Source: Gemmatimonadota bacterium
GTDB lineage: Bacteria; Gemmatimonadota; Gemmatimonadetes; Gemmatimonadales; GWC2-71-9
Assembly: GCA_037444345.1 (NCBI GenBank)
Contig: JBBIMQ010000002.1
Span: 1-24,793 of the forward strand
DNA: 24,793 bases
Direction of reading: 5' to 3'
The number at the start of each line of letters is the position of its first letter. Positions within the stretch are counted from its first letter, which is position 1. Shown here in pieces: positions 1-8,603 of the stretch. The position numbers were made by a program, and so were the translations under genes. The notes beneath the pieces were generated by a model, which was given only the letters and a program-made list of their open reading frames with translations, searched no databases and had not been told where the DNA came from.

Positions 1-622
1 ACTCCAGCAGCGGGTGATCGAAGGAATCCGTCAGGCCGGGCTGGTGTTCGACCACCCCCCCATCGTGGCCTTCGGCCCCAATGCGGCCAATCCCCATTAC
101 GAGCCCCGTCCGGGCCTCGATGCCGCCCTGGAGCGGGATCAGGTGGTGCTCCTCGACCTCTGGGGCGGCCGGGCGCTCGGCACCGTCTTCGCCGACCAGA
201 CCTGGATGGGGTTCAGCGGCCCGCGGGTTCCGGCGAAGGTGGCCGAGGTCTGGCGCACGGTGCGGGAGGCACGGGATGCTGCCATCGGGTTCATCCGCGA
301 GACAGCCGGCCGCCGGCCCCTGCGGGGCTTCGAGGCCGACCAAGTGGCCCGGCGGGTGATCGAGGCTGCGGGGTTCGGGGCCGCGTTCGTCCACCGGACC
401 GGTCACTCGATTGATCGCGACCTCCACGGTTCGGGTCCCCATCTCGACGACTACGAGACCCACGACGACCGCGAGATCCTGCCCGGCTCGGGCTTTTCGG
501 TCGAGCCCGGCATTTACCTGCCCGGGGAATTCGGGGTGCGGAGCGAGGTGAACATGTATTGGGGACCGGAAGGGATGGTGGTGACGCCGGACGAGCCGCA
601 GGTGGAGTTGATCCTGCCCTAG
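1..622 (+). CDS. M24 family metallopeptidase (Xaa-Pro aminopeptidase-like), 5'-partial
   Basis: Frame is open to the left edge (..LQQRVIEG). Pita-bread metal ligands occur in order: LLDLW, ADQTW, HRTGHSI, GPHLD, SVEPGIY, GVRSE. TAG at 620-622. Confidence 0.9.
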   Translation, partial: LQQRVIEGIRQAGLVFDHPPIVAFGPNAANPHYEPRPGLDAALERDQVVLLDLWGGRALGTVFADQTWMGFSGPRVPAKVAEVWRTVREARDAAIGFIRETAGRRPLRGFEADQVARRVIEAAGFGAAFVHRTGHSIDRDLHGSGPHLDDYETHDDREILPGSGFSVEPGIYLPGEFGVRSEVNMYWGPEGMVVTPDEPQVELILP

Positions 623-812
623 GGGCGGGGAAGGGATGGCCGTGCGGGTCGGGCCCCAGCTGACCTCGTTCGGGGTCGCGGAAGCCCGAGGGCTCCGGGG
701 CGTGGTGGCATCCCGCTCGGCTCGCGCTCGGTGTGGCCAGCTCGGGGGTCTGGAGCCGTGAATCGGGCAGCGGCCCTGCCCCCGCCTGTTTCAGCGATGT
801 TCAATGGTTTCA

Positions 813-881
813 ACACGTTACACCCAAACGTGTGTCCGAAACCCGGTCTGTCACGATTGCTTGACACGTGATCCGGGTCAC
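813..881. promoter_or_regulatory. Three inverted repeats (candidate operators) around the promoter
   Basis: ACACGTT-N7-AACGTGT (813-833), TGTCA-N8-TGACA (849-866, overlapping the -35), GTGA-N6-TCAC (868-881, in the spacer, CRP/FNR-family-like spacing). Confidence 0.45.
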
Positions 882-889
882 TTCATATT
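861..889 (+). promoter_or_regulatory. Putative sigma70-type promoter of the receptor cluster
   Basis: Perfect TTGACA at 861-866, 17-nt spacer, CATATT at 884-889, inside an AT-enriched patch of an otherwise GC-rich window. Predicted start site about 895-896. Confidence 0.6.
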
Positions 890-1071
890 GTTGGCCCCGA
901 CTGGGCCGCAGTCGGCGATTTCCGTTTATCTCAGTCCGCAGACTACTCCATCAGGTAGGGCAAGGCGCGTCTCGATCCCAATCGCGGGCCGAGGGTGGCG
1001 CGCCGGCCACCGCGCCGTCGAGTCTTCGCTCGCTGTTCGTCGTCTGTGTCACGCCATCGGAGGACGTCTCC

Positions 1072-4000
1072 ATGAATGAAAGCTGTGTTGGCGCCTTCGC
1101 ACGCGGTGCGCGCTGGCTGGCGCTCGCGGCGGCCGCGTTGGGGCTCGGGGCGGGCACGCTCCACGCCCAGGCGACCGGGAAGATCGAAGGTCGAGTTCGC
1201 GATCAGGCCGGCGCCCCCATCCCCGGCGCCCAGGTGCGCATCGAGGGGACGGCGTTCGGGGCCGTGGCCAATAACCAGGGCTACTACTTCATCAACAACG
1301 TGCCCGCCGGCACGGTGGACCTGCGGGCGACGTTCGTGGGCTACCGGCCGTTCATCGCGACCGGGCTCCGGGTGCTGGCCGGCCAGACCATGACCCAGGA
1401 CTTCGTGCTGGAGCAGGCGCCGGTCGAGCTGGAGGAAATCGCGATCACGGGTGCGGCGGCCAACCCGCTGGTGCCACGGGACGAGGTCACCACCAAGCAG
1501 CGGGTGGACGGCACCTACACCGACGCACTCCCCGTGGACCGGATCGGCGCCGTGCTGGCACTGCAGCCGGGCGTGGTGGCGAGCCCGGCTGCCGGGCAGA
1601 TCACCATTCGCGGCGGCCGGCCGGACGAGGCGGCGGTGTACGTGGACGGGGTGCCGGTGACGCCGGGTGGTCGGGGGAACGCGTTCGTGGGGGTCTTCGG
1701 CCAGGGCACCGTGGCGCCCGCGCTCAACGTGTCGACTGGAGCCTTCGAGGAGGCGTCGGTCACGACCGGCAGTTCTTCGGCCGAGTTCGGCAACGCGCAG
1801 TCGGGCATCATCAACATCCAGACCCGGGCCGGCGGCCAGCGGTTCGCCGGGAGCGTGGGCTTCGAGAACGACGAGATCGGCGGCCTGAATCACAGCCTCG
1901 GGTTCAACCGGATCCAGGCGAACCTGAGCGGGCCCATCTGGCGGACCCTCACCTTCGCGGTGGGCGGCGACATCGAGGGGGCCAAGTCTTCGAGCACGGG
2001 GCTCAACGCCCAGCGGTACCCCATCTACGTCACCGCCGGGGTGGATACCACCGTGGCGGTGCCGTCCGGCAACGACACTGCCTTCGTGGACGTGTCCAGG
2101 TTCGCCATCTACCGGGGCGAGTGCGACGAGCACAAGAACAGCGTGAACCCCGGGATCCGGAACAACTACGGGCTCGACTGCCGCGGCGCGCGCAACCCGG
2201 CATCCAACAACACCAGCTACCGGGTGAACGGGAAGCTCCAGTACACTTACGGGACCGGCAGCCGGATCGCGCTTTCGGCCTATCGCAGCCAGGACCAGAA
2301 CCGGATTTTCGACAACGACGCCTACCTGAACCTGTACAATCCGCAGGCGCTCAGGGCCGTCTGGAGCGCCAACAACGTGGTCACGCTGAACTGGACCCAG
2401 AACCTGTCCAAGTCGGCGGAGCGGGCCCTGGCGCTCGAGACGTTCGCCTCGTACCAGTGGGACCGCGCCATTCTGGGTCCCCTCACTCGGAGCGGCGAGG
2501 AGGCGACCCGGGATCCGTTCGGCGGCTTCTACCTCAAGCGGTACGACTTCCTCTTCGATTTCGACAACTTCCCGCTCAACGACCAGCTCATCAAGAACTT
2601 CCGGCTCAACACCGGCCGGCGGTCGCCGTTCGACCTGGCCAACACGTCGCAGTATGCGCTGATTGACGCCTACCGGAACAACGCCTACGGCATCCAGGGA
2701 TGGTCCGAGGGCGGGGGGCCGACCGCCCGGCTGTCCCTCTACCGGGAGGACCGGGCGATCGGCAAGGCCAACCTCGACTGGCAGGTGGACCGCTACAACC
2801 GGGTGAAGCTGGGCGGGGAGTTCACCAAGTACTATATCTTCAGCTACTCGTCCGGGCTCGTGAGCCAGGCGTTCTCCGACGCCTATCACGAGAAGCCCAC
2901 GCGGTGGAACGCCTTCATCGAGGACCGGCTGGACCTGGGCGACGTGGTGGTGGTGGGCGGGGTTCGCTACGACTGGTACAAGACCGGGGCGAGCCGGCCG
3001 TACTTCACCGACAGCCTGGGGAACCGCACCTGGTTCCCGCGGATCAGCTCGATGCCGGGCTTCGATCCCAACAACCCCGAGGCGATCTTCGTCGAGGACA
3101 AGAGCCACGACTACCTGAGCCCGCACATTCAGGTGTCGTTCCCGGTGACCGACCGGACCAACTTCCGGCTGTCGTACGCGCACCAGGTGCAGGCGCCCAA
3201 CTTCAACACCATCCTGGGCGGGATCAACACCGACCTGAGCGTCACCAACACCAACCACGTGTACGGCTCGGATCTGGATTTCGGCCGGACGATCACCTTC
3301 GAGTTCGGGATCCGGCACTCCTTCAGCGACGACATGGTGCTGGACGTCTCGGCGTATAACAAGGACAAGCTGTCCGACGCGGCGGGGCGACTGCTCTCGT
3401 TCTTCGATCCGTTCAAGAAGCAGAACGTGGACATCCGGGTAATCACCAACGCCGACTTCGGCAACGCCCGGGGGATTGACGTCCGGCTCGACCGGCGGTT
3501 CGGGGAGCTGTTCAACGGCACCATCGCCTACACCTTCGAGGACGCCAAGAACACCGGCTCGGACCCGTTCACCTACATCAACTTCGGGTCGCGGGTGCTG
3601 AATGCGCTGGCGGGCGGGAATGCTCCGCCGCCTCAGGCCGCGCTGCCCACCAACCAGAACCGGCCGCACAACCTGGCGGGCCAGCTTGCGCTCAGCTTCC
3701 CCAACAACTGGCAGCAGGGGACCACGTTCGGGTCCATTCTGGAGAACTTCGGGATCTTCGCGATCTTCCGGTTCGCCTCGGGGACGCCGTACACCCGGTG
3801 CCCGCCGGAAGACAGCGGGAACGAGAGCGTGTTCTCGGGTCAGGTGTGCAGCCGTGGCCGGCTGGCCAGCGACTTCAACGGTGCCCGGCTGCCGACCCTG
3901 AAGCAGTTTGACGTCCGCTTCACCAAGGGCTTCAAGCTCCGGGGTGTGGATCTCACGGCCTACGCGGACGTGCGGAACATTTTCAACTTCGAGAACATCC

Positions 4001-4377
4001 TCTCGGTGTTCACCACGACGGACGACATCCGCAACAACACCGAGCGGGACATCAACCGGAAGGCTGACCTCGACGCCTTTGCCGCCGAGGCTCAGCGGAA
4101 CGGCGTGCTCCTGTCCGACAACTCGATTGACTTGACCTTCGGCGGGGCGGTGGCCGGCGGTTGCGGCGGCTGGGCCCGGCAGGATGGCGCCCCCTCGGCG
4201 CCCAACTGCGTGTACATGATCAGCTTTTTTTTTAGCTTCGGGAACGGCGACCACATCTTCACGGTGCAGGAGCAGACTCGGGCATCCGACGCGGCGTACT
4301 TCGCGCTCGCCCGGGGGCAGAACGCCTTCACCGGCCCGCCCCGGCGCATCCGGTTGGGACTGGAGCTCAACTTCTAG
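1072..4377 (+). CDS. TonB-dependent outer-membrane receptor (1101 aa) with N-terminal carboxypeptidase-regulatory-like domain
   Basis: SD GGAGGA at 1059-1064 before ATG 1072. Signal peptide ending LHA-QA; GKIEGRVRD..GYYFINNVPAGT N-terminal domain; TonB-box-like VELEEIAITG; plug motifs LQPGV, IRGG..VYVDGVP, AEFGNAQSGIINIQT; barrel strands; C-terminal RIRLGLELNF ending in Phe. Confidence 0.92.
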   Translation: MNESCVGAFARGARWLALAAAALGLGAGTLHAQATGKIEGRVRDQAGAPIPGAQVRIEGTAFGAVANNQGYYFINNVPAGTVDLRATFVGYRPFIATGLRVLAGQTMTQDFVLEQAPVELEEIAITGAAANPLVPRDEVTTKQRVDGTYTDALPVDRIGAVLALQPGVVASPAAGQITIRGGRPDEAAVYVDGVPVTPGGRGNAFVGVFGQGTVAPALNVSTGAFEEASVTTGSSSAEFGNAQSGIINIQTRAGGQRFAGSVGFENDEIGGLNHSLGFNRIQANLSGPIWRTLTFAVGGDIEGAKSSSTGLNAQRYPIYVTAGVDTTVAVPSGNDTAFVDVSRFAIYRGECDEHKNSVNPGIRNNYGLDCRGARNPASNNTSYRVNGKLQYTYGTGSRIALSAYRSQDQNRIFDNDAYLNLYNPQALRAVWSANNVVTLNWTQNLSKSAERALALETFASYQWDRAILGPLTRSGEEATRDPFGGFYLKRYDFLFDFDNFPLNDQLIKNFRLNTGRRSPFDLANTSQYALIDAYRNNAYGIQGWSEGGGPTARLSLYREDRAIGKANLDWQVDRYNRVKLGGEFTKYYIFSYSSGLVSQAFSDAYHEKPTRWNAFIEDRLDLGDVVVVGGVRYDWYKTGASRPYFTDSLGNRTWFPRISSMPGFDPNNPEAIFVEDKSHDYLSPHIQVSFPVTDRTNFRLSYAHQVQAPNFNTILGGINTDLSVTNTNHVYGSDLDFGRTITFEFGIRHSFSDDMVLDVSAYNKDKLSDAAGRLLSFFDPFKKQNVDIRVITNADFGNARGIDVRLDRRFGELFNGTIAYTFEDAKNTGSDPFTYINFGSRVLNALAGGNAPPPQAALPTNQNRPHNLAGQLALSFPNNWQQGTTFGSILENFGIFAIFRFASGTPYTRCPPEDSGNESVFSGQVCSRGRLASDFNGARLPTLKQFDVRFTKGFKLRGVDLTAYADVRNIFNFENILSVFTTTDDIRNNTERDINRKADLDAFAAEAQRNGVLLSDNSIDLTFGGAVAGGCGGWARQDGAPSAPNCVYMISFFFSFGNGDHIFTVQEQTRASDAAYFALARGQNAFTGPPRRIRLGLELNF

Positions 4378-4384
4378 GGGAGTG

Positions 4385-4433
4385 AACGGTGGTCCGGCCC
4401 GGGGTCACCCGGGCCGGGCGCGACCGCCGTTTT
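4385..4433 (+). terminator. Intra-cluster stem-loop (partial terminator or mRNA-stabilising hairpin)
   Basis: CCGGCCCGGG-GTCA-CCCGGGCCGG, a 10-bp perfect stem at 4394-4417. Outer stem AACGGTGGT(C)/GACCGCCGTT. Short T run at 4430-4433. Confidence 0.5.
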
Positions 4434-4453
4434 ACACCGAGCGAGGCAACGAC

Positions 4454-7400
4454 ATGCACTCACGATTCCGTTCGAACGGCGCGCTGCTGGCCGTCCTGGC
4501 CGCCCTGATCGCGGGGTTGCTGCTCGCCCCGGCGTCGGCGTCGGCCGAGCCCCAGCCGGGCGCCAAGAAGAGGGGCTTCCGGCTCTTCGCGCGCGCCCTG
4601 GGCGCGATGACCATCAACCGCATCTACTGCGGGCTTGCCTCCGACGGGCGGGTCTGCGTGGACTCGACCAACTCGTCCACCATCGGTGGCGGTTTCTGGC
4701 CGAAGGGCACGGCCGACCAGTACATCTTCAACTCCGGGCTCCAGGTGGCGGGGATCATTGGCCCGGACGGCGGTCCCTGGGCGGGCGACACGGTGGGCGG
4801 GTTCTTCTTCGACCCCAAGGGCACCACGGAGCACGGCGAGGAAGTCCGGCCGATCTTCAACACGGCCAACCCCGATGACATCCCGTCCGGGGTCTGGCCC
4901 GCGGCGGCCTGTGTCCCGTTCGGCGACGCGGAGGAGACCCTTTTCCACCCGCTGCTCCGCGAGGATCCCACCACGGTGGGCGACCCGAACTACCCCAATC
5001 ACCCGCTCGGGTGCCGCCGCTCGGCCTCGCAGGGCGACGTGTGGTGGATGAGCTGGGAGGGTAACCCTGCGCTCAACGCCGGCCGCACCCACCCGCTCGG
5101 GATCTTGGTGGAAACCCGGGGCATGGGGTGGAACTTCCCGGCGGGGAACGAGGACATCCTTTACTTCATCTATACCTTCTACAACGTGACGGCCTCGGAT
5201 CCGAACGTATATGGCGCTTCGATCCGGCCGGACATGCGTGCCATCCTCCAGCAGAAGGGCGCGGAGTTCCAACAGCTCAACAACGCCCGGTTCGGCATCA
5301 CCCTCCCCCCGGGCGGGTACACGATCACCAACCTGTTCGCGGCGTTCGCGCGGGACGACGACGTGGCCGAGGCGGGCGCCAACTACTCGTCGGTGAACTT
5401 GCCGTTCGCGCTGGGCTATACCTACGAGCACGCCTTCAGCCAGCCGGTGGGCTGGACCTTCGACCCCGGCATCTTCCAGGCCCCCTTCTTCGCGGGCTCG
5501 GGCTTCACCGGGGCCAAGTACCTCCGGAGCCCCACCGGGGCGGGCGAGATCCAGCTTTTCTCGAACACGATCAACGGCCGGCCCTTCGCGGGCGCCGTGA
5601 ACGACCCGCGCGACACCAAGCAGCTGTACCGCTATCTCTCGGGCACGCTCAATCCGGCCCTGGGCGACGACCCCTGCAACACGGGCGACCCCACCCAGAC
5701 CCGGATCTGCTTCGTGAACAACAACTCGCCACAGGACATGCGGTTCTTCCAGTCCTCGACGCCGCTCACGCTGGCGCCGGGCGAGTTCGGCTCGATCGTG
5801 GTGGCGTACATCTTCGCGCCGCCGGTGCGGACGGCCGGCTGCGGGGCGGCCTGCGACGTCAAGCCGGGCGACCCGCGGGTGCTGACCAGCGCCACGACGC
5901 TCATCACGCAGGGGGCCAACACCATTGACACGCTCTCGGGCTTCGTGAGCTACAACGACGCCAACAGCGACGGGATCGTCACCCAGAACGAGTTCACGGT
6001 GGTGCCCGGCTCGCTCCTCGGCAAGGCGCTGGTGGCGCAGGCGGTGTTCGATAACCAGTTCCTGCTCCCCTTCGCGCCCGATCCGCCGGACTTCTTCCTG
6101 ATCCCGGGCGACAACCAGGTGACGGTGCTCTGGCGGCCCAGCGCGTCGGAAACCAACGGCGATCCGTTCTTCGCCATCGCGAATCAGCCCACGGTCGGCG
6201 GGAGCCCCAACGCGCTGTACGATCCGAACTACCGCCAGAATGACGTGGAGGGGTACCGGATCTACCGCGGGCGGGTGGACAATCCCAATGAACTCCGGCT
6301 TCTTGCGCAATTCGACTACAAGGGGACGGTGATCAGCGACTTCACCGGGCAGGTGAACCCCACGGATGTCTGCGCGCCGGAGGTCGGCGTGAACGCGGGT
6401 TGCCCGGTGCCGTTCCAGCCCAACCTGAAGGACGGGACCCAGCTCACCCAGCACGTGGACGTCCCGCTGGTGGGCGACGTGGTGCAGGTGCGTACCGGCG
6501 ACCGGTCGGCGCTGGCCTCGGGGACGATTGACACGATCATCGCCTCGATTGACACCACGGTGAACCCGCCCGACACCACCTTCACGACGATCTTCATTCC
6601 GAACAAGGCGGTGATCACCCGGGCCGACACCCTGATGACCGGGGCGGCGGCGCGGGCGCAGGGCGGTCCGTTCCCCAAGCTGAGCGACACCGGGGTGCCG
6701 TTCGTGTTCGTGGACAACACCCCGCGGAACAACTTCCGCTACTTCTACTCGGTGGTGGCGTTCGACGTGAACTCGATCGAGTCGGGTCCCACGAGCCTCG
6801 AGTCGCAGCGGCGAACCAAGTCGGTCACCCCGGTGCGGCCGGCTTCGAACGCGGTTTCCACCGGGTCGCTGAGCACGAACATCGTCGGGCGCGGGGTCAA
6901 GATGGACACCGTGTTCCGGAGCGTGCCGGCGCTCGATCCGACCGACGGCAGGTTCAGCGGGCCGTTCCCGCCGGCCGACGGCGCCTCGCTGGGCTTCGTC
7001 GGTCAGTTTGCCAAGGAAGTCGTGGCGACTTCGGGGGCGCTGCGGGCGCGGCTCGACAGTCTGTATCCGGGCCAGGTGGATTACTCCGGCTGCTGCGCCG
7101 CCGGCCCTGTCGGCTTCCCCTCGGTCTACGTGTGGACCGCGTTCGCCGGTACCGACAGCTTCAAGCTCCGGATCCCCATTCAGGTGGATCTGGGTATCGA
7201 GCAGAAAGGCAATCAGCTCTTCCAGGCGCTCAAGATTGACCAGGCCCTGGCCTCGCGCTTCGGCGGCGACAGCACCTATCGGCTCCAGGCGCAGCTCGAG
7301 CTGACCGTTCCGCCCCTGGGCTTCCTGGGTGGCTCGGTGCTCTCGTCGGTCCTGGGGGAACCGGGCTTCACCGGCACCGACTACGCCCAGTTGGGCTACA

Positions 7401-8593
7401 CAGCCGCCCGCTACAACGGCCCCCGGTGGTTCGACGGCCCCTCGCCGCAGAACAACGAGACGGAGCCCAACCCGAACAAGGGTGCCTGCGGCAGCGGGCT
7501 CACGACCCAGTGCGCCAGCACCACCAGCTTCAACAACGGGGGGAAGCTGACTGGGGTGACCACGGTCTATATGCCGATGGCGTACACCATGTTCAACCGC
7601 GAGTGGCGCTCGATGGATGCCTTTACTGGCACCGTCCGGCGCGCCGCGGACTACAACGTGTACTGGGGCGCGGGCGGGGTGATTGACTCGGTGGTGGACG
7701 TGACCCACAACGTCCAGGTCCCGTATGCCGCCAATGGGGAGATCGGTGCGAACTGGGCGGTGCTCAACACGAGCGGGCAGGGGGCCGGCAGCTTCGATGG
7801 CCGGCCGGCGGTGTTGACCCCGCTCGACTGGTTCTGCGTCGAGCCGGTCCGCACCCTCCAGGGGCTGGCGGGGACCACGGCGAACGGCAATCCGTTCTTC
7901 CCCTGCTCGAGTGCTGCGGGATTCACGCTGAGCAACACGGCTCAACTCGGGACCATCGCCTTCGGGGCTGGCAACGCCCAGTCCACGACCGGGGCGCAGA
8001 GCCCGCGGAACCCCGCCTTCACGGCGACGGAACCGGGCTTCTCGCTCTACGTGGCGGGCACCATCACGTTCTTCGAGCTCTCCGCGCTGCCGGCGAGCGG
8101 CACGGTCTGGTCGCTCCGCGACTACGTGGGGAACATCCTCGGGGGCCGGGGTGCTCCTGCGGGTGACCTTGGCAACTACAAATTCCTCGCCGCTCCGCGG
8201 CCGTTCAACGCGATAGGGGCCGAGGTGGCGGTGAGCTACAACGTGGATAACCGGATCCGTGCCGTGCGCGGGGCGGACCTCCGGCAAGTCCACACCGTGC
8301 CCGACCCGTACTACGTGACCAACGAGTTCGAGCAGAGCACGGACAACAAGGTGATCAAGTTCGTGAACCTGCCGCAGCAGGCGATCATCCGGATCTACTC
8401 GTCGAGCGGGGTGCTCGTGAACATCCTCGAGCACAACAGCCCGACCTGGGGCGGGGAGGAGAGCTGGAACGTCCGGAACCGCAACAACCAGGTGGTCGCG
8501 AGCGGCGTGTATTTCTATCACATCGAGTCCAACTCGGGCGGTGCCACCGCCCGACGGGTGGGCCGGTTCACGATCGTCAACTTCGCCCAGTAG
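4454..8593 (+). CDS. Large secreted protein (1379 aa) with FnIII-like domain, EF-hand-like loop and T9SS type-A/FlgD-like C-terminal domain; function unknown
   Basis: GAGG SD before ATG 4454; Sec signal (LLAVLAALIAGLLLAPASASA-EP). Split FnIII-like segment APDPP..VTVLW..EGYRIYR..YFYSVVAFD. C-terminal VPDPY..IRIYSSSGVLV..WNVRN..VASGVYFYHIE..GRFTIV. Confidence 0.8.
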   Translation: MHSRFRSNGALLAVLAALIAGLLLAPASASAEPQPGAKKRGFRLFARALGAMTINRIYCGLASDGRVCVDSTNSSTIGGGFWPKGTADQYIFNSGLQVAGIIGPDGGPWAGDTVGGFFFDPKGTTEHGEEVRPIFNTANPDDIPSGVWPAAACVPFGDAEETLFHPLLREDPTTVGDPNYPNHPLGCRRSASQGDVWWMSWEGNPALNAGRTHPLGILVETRGMGWNFPAGNEDILYFIYTFYNVTASDPNVYGASIRPDMRAILQQKGAEFQQLNNARFGITLPPGGYTITNLFAAFARDDDVAEAGANYSSVNLPFALGYTYEHAFSQPVGWTFDPGIFQAPFFAGSGFTGAKYLRSPTGAGEIQLFSNTINGRPFAGAVNDPRDTKQLYRYLSGTLNPALGDDPCNTGDPTQTRICFVNNNSPQDMRFFQSSTPLTLAPGEFGSIVVAYIFAPPVRTAGCGAACDVKPGDPRVLTSATTLITQGANTIDTLSGFVSYNDANSDGIVTQNEFTVVPGSLLGKALVAQAVFDNQFLLPFAPDPPDFFLIPGDNQVTVLWRPSASETNGDPFFAIANQPTVGGSPNALYDPNYRQNDVEGYRIYRGRVDNPNELRLLAQFDYKGTVISDFTGQVNPTDVCAPEVGVNAGCPVPFQPNLKDGTQLTQHVDVPLVGDVVQVRTGDRSALASGTIDTIIASIDTTVNPPDTTFTTIFIPNKAVITRADTLMTGAAARAQGGPFPKLSDTGVPFVFVDNTPRNNFRYFYSVVAFDVNSIESGPTSLESQRRTKSVTPVRPASNAVSTGSLSTNIVGRGVKMDTVFRSVPALDPTDGRFSGPFPPADGASLGFVGQFAKEVVATSGALRARLDSLYPGQVDYSGCCAAGPVGFPSVYVWTAFAGTDSFKLRIPIQVDLGIEQKGNQLFQALKIDQALASRFGGDSTYRLQAQLELTVPPLGFLGGSVLSSVLGEPGFTGTDYAQLGYTAARYNGPRWFDGPSPQNNETEPNPNKGACGSGLTTQCASTTSFNNGGKLTGVTTVYMPMAYTMFNREWRSMDAFTGTVRRAADYNVYWGAGGVIDSVVDVTHNVQVPYAANGEIGANWAVLNTSGQGAGSFDGRPAVLTPLDWFCVEPVRTLQGLAGTTANGNPFFPCSSAAGFTLSNTAQLGTIAFGAGNAQSTTGAQSPRNPAFTATEPGFSLYVAGTITFFELSALPASGTVWSLRDYVGNILGGRGAPAGDLGNYKFLAAPRPFNAIGAEVAVSYNVDNRIRAVRGADLRQVHTVPDPYYVTNEFEQSTDNKVIKFVNLPQQAIIRIYSSSGVLVNILEHNSPTWGGEESWNVRNRNNQVVASGVYFYHIESNSGGATARRVGRFTIVNFAQ

Positions 8594-8603
8594 TCCACGG
8601 ACC

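Noticed and set aside
623-786. Possible ncRNA after the peptidase (GGCGGGG/CCCCGCC end pairing, hairpin at 765-781)
   Set aside because: Such pairings are expected by chance at this GC content, and no tRNA, SRP, 6S or riboswitch consensus is present.
868-1071. Upstream ORF-finder starts (868; likewise 4382, 8541, 20419, 21697, 24658)
   Set aside because: Downstream starts have SD sites, signal peptides or GTGA stop-start overlaps; the extensions run through promoters, hairpins or neighbouring genes.
1072-8593. Calling the locus a SusC/SusD polysaccharide-utilisation locus
   Set aside because: The second gene has a Sec/SPI signal and a CTD rather than a lipobox and SusD motifs, and no CAZyme is recognisable.
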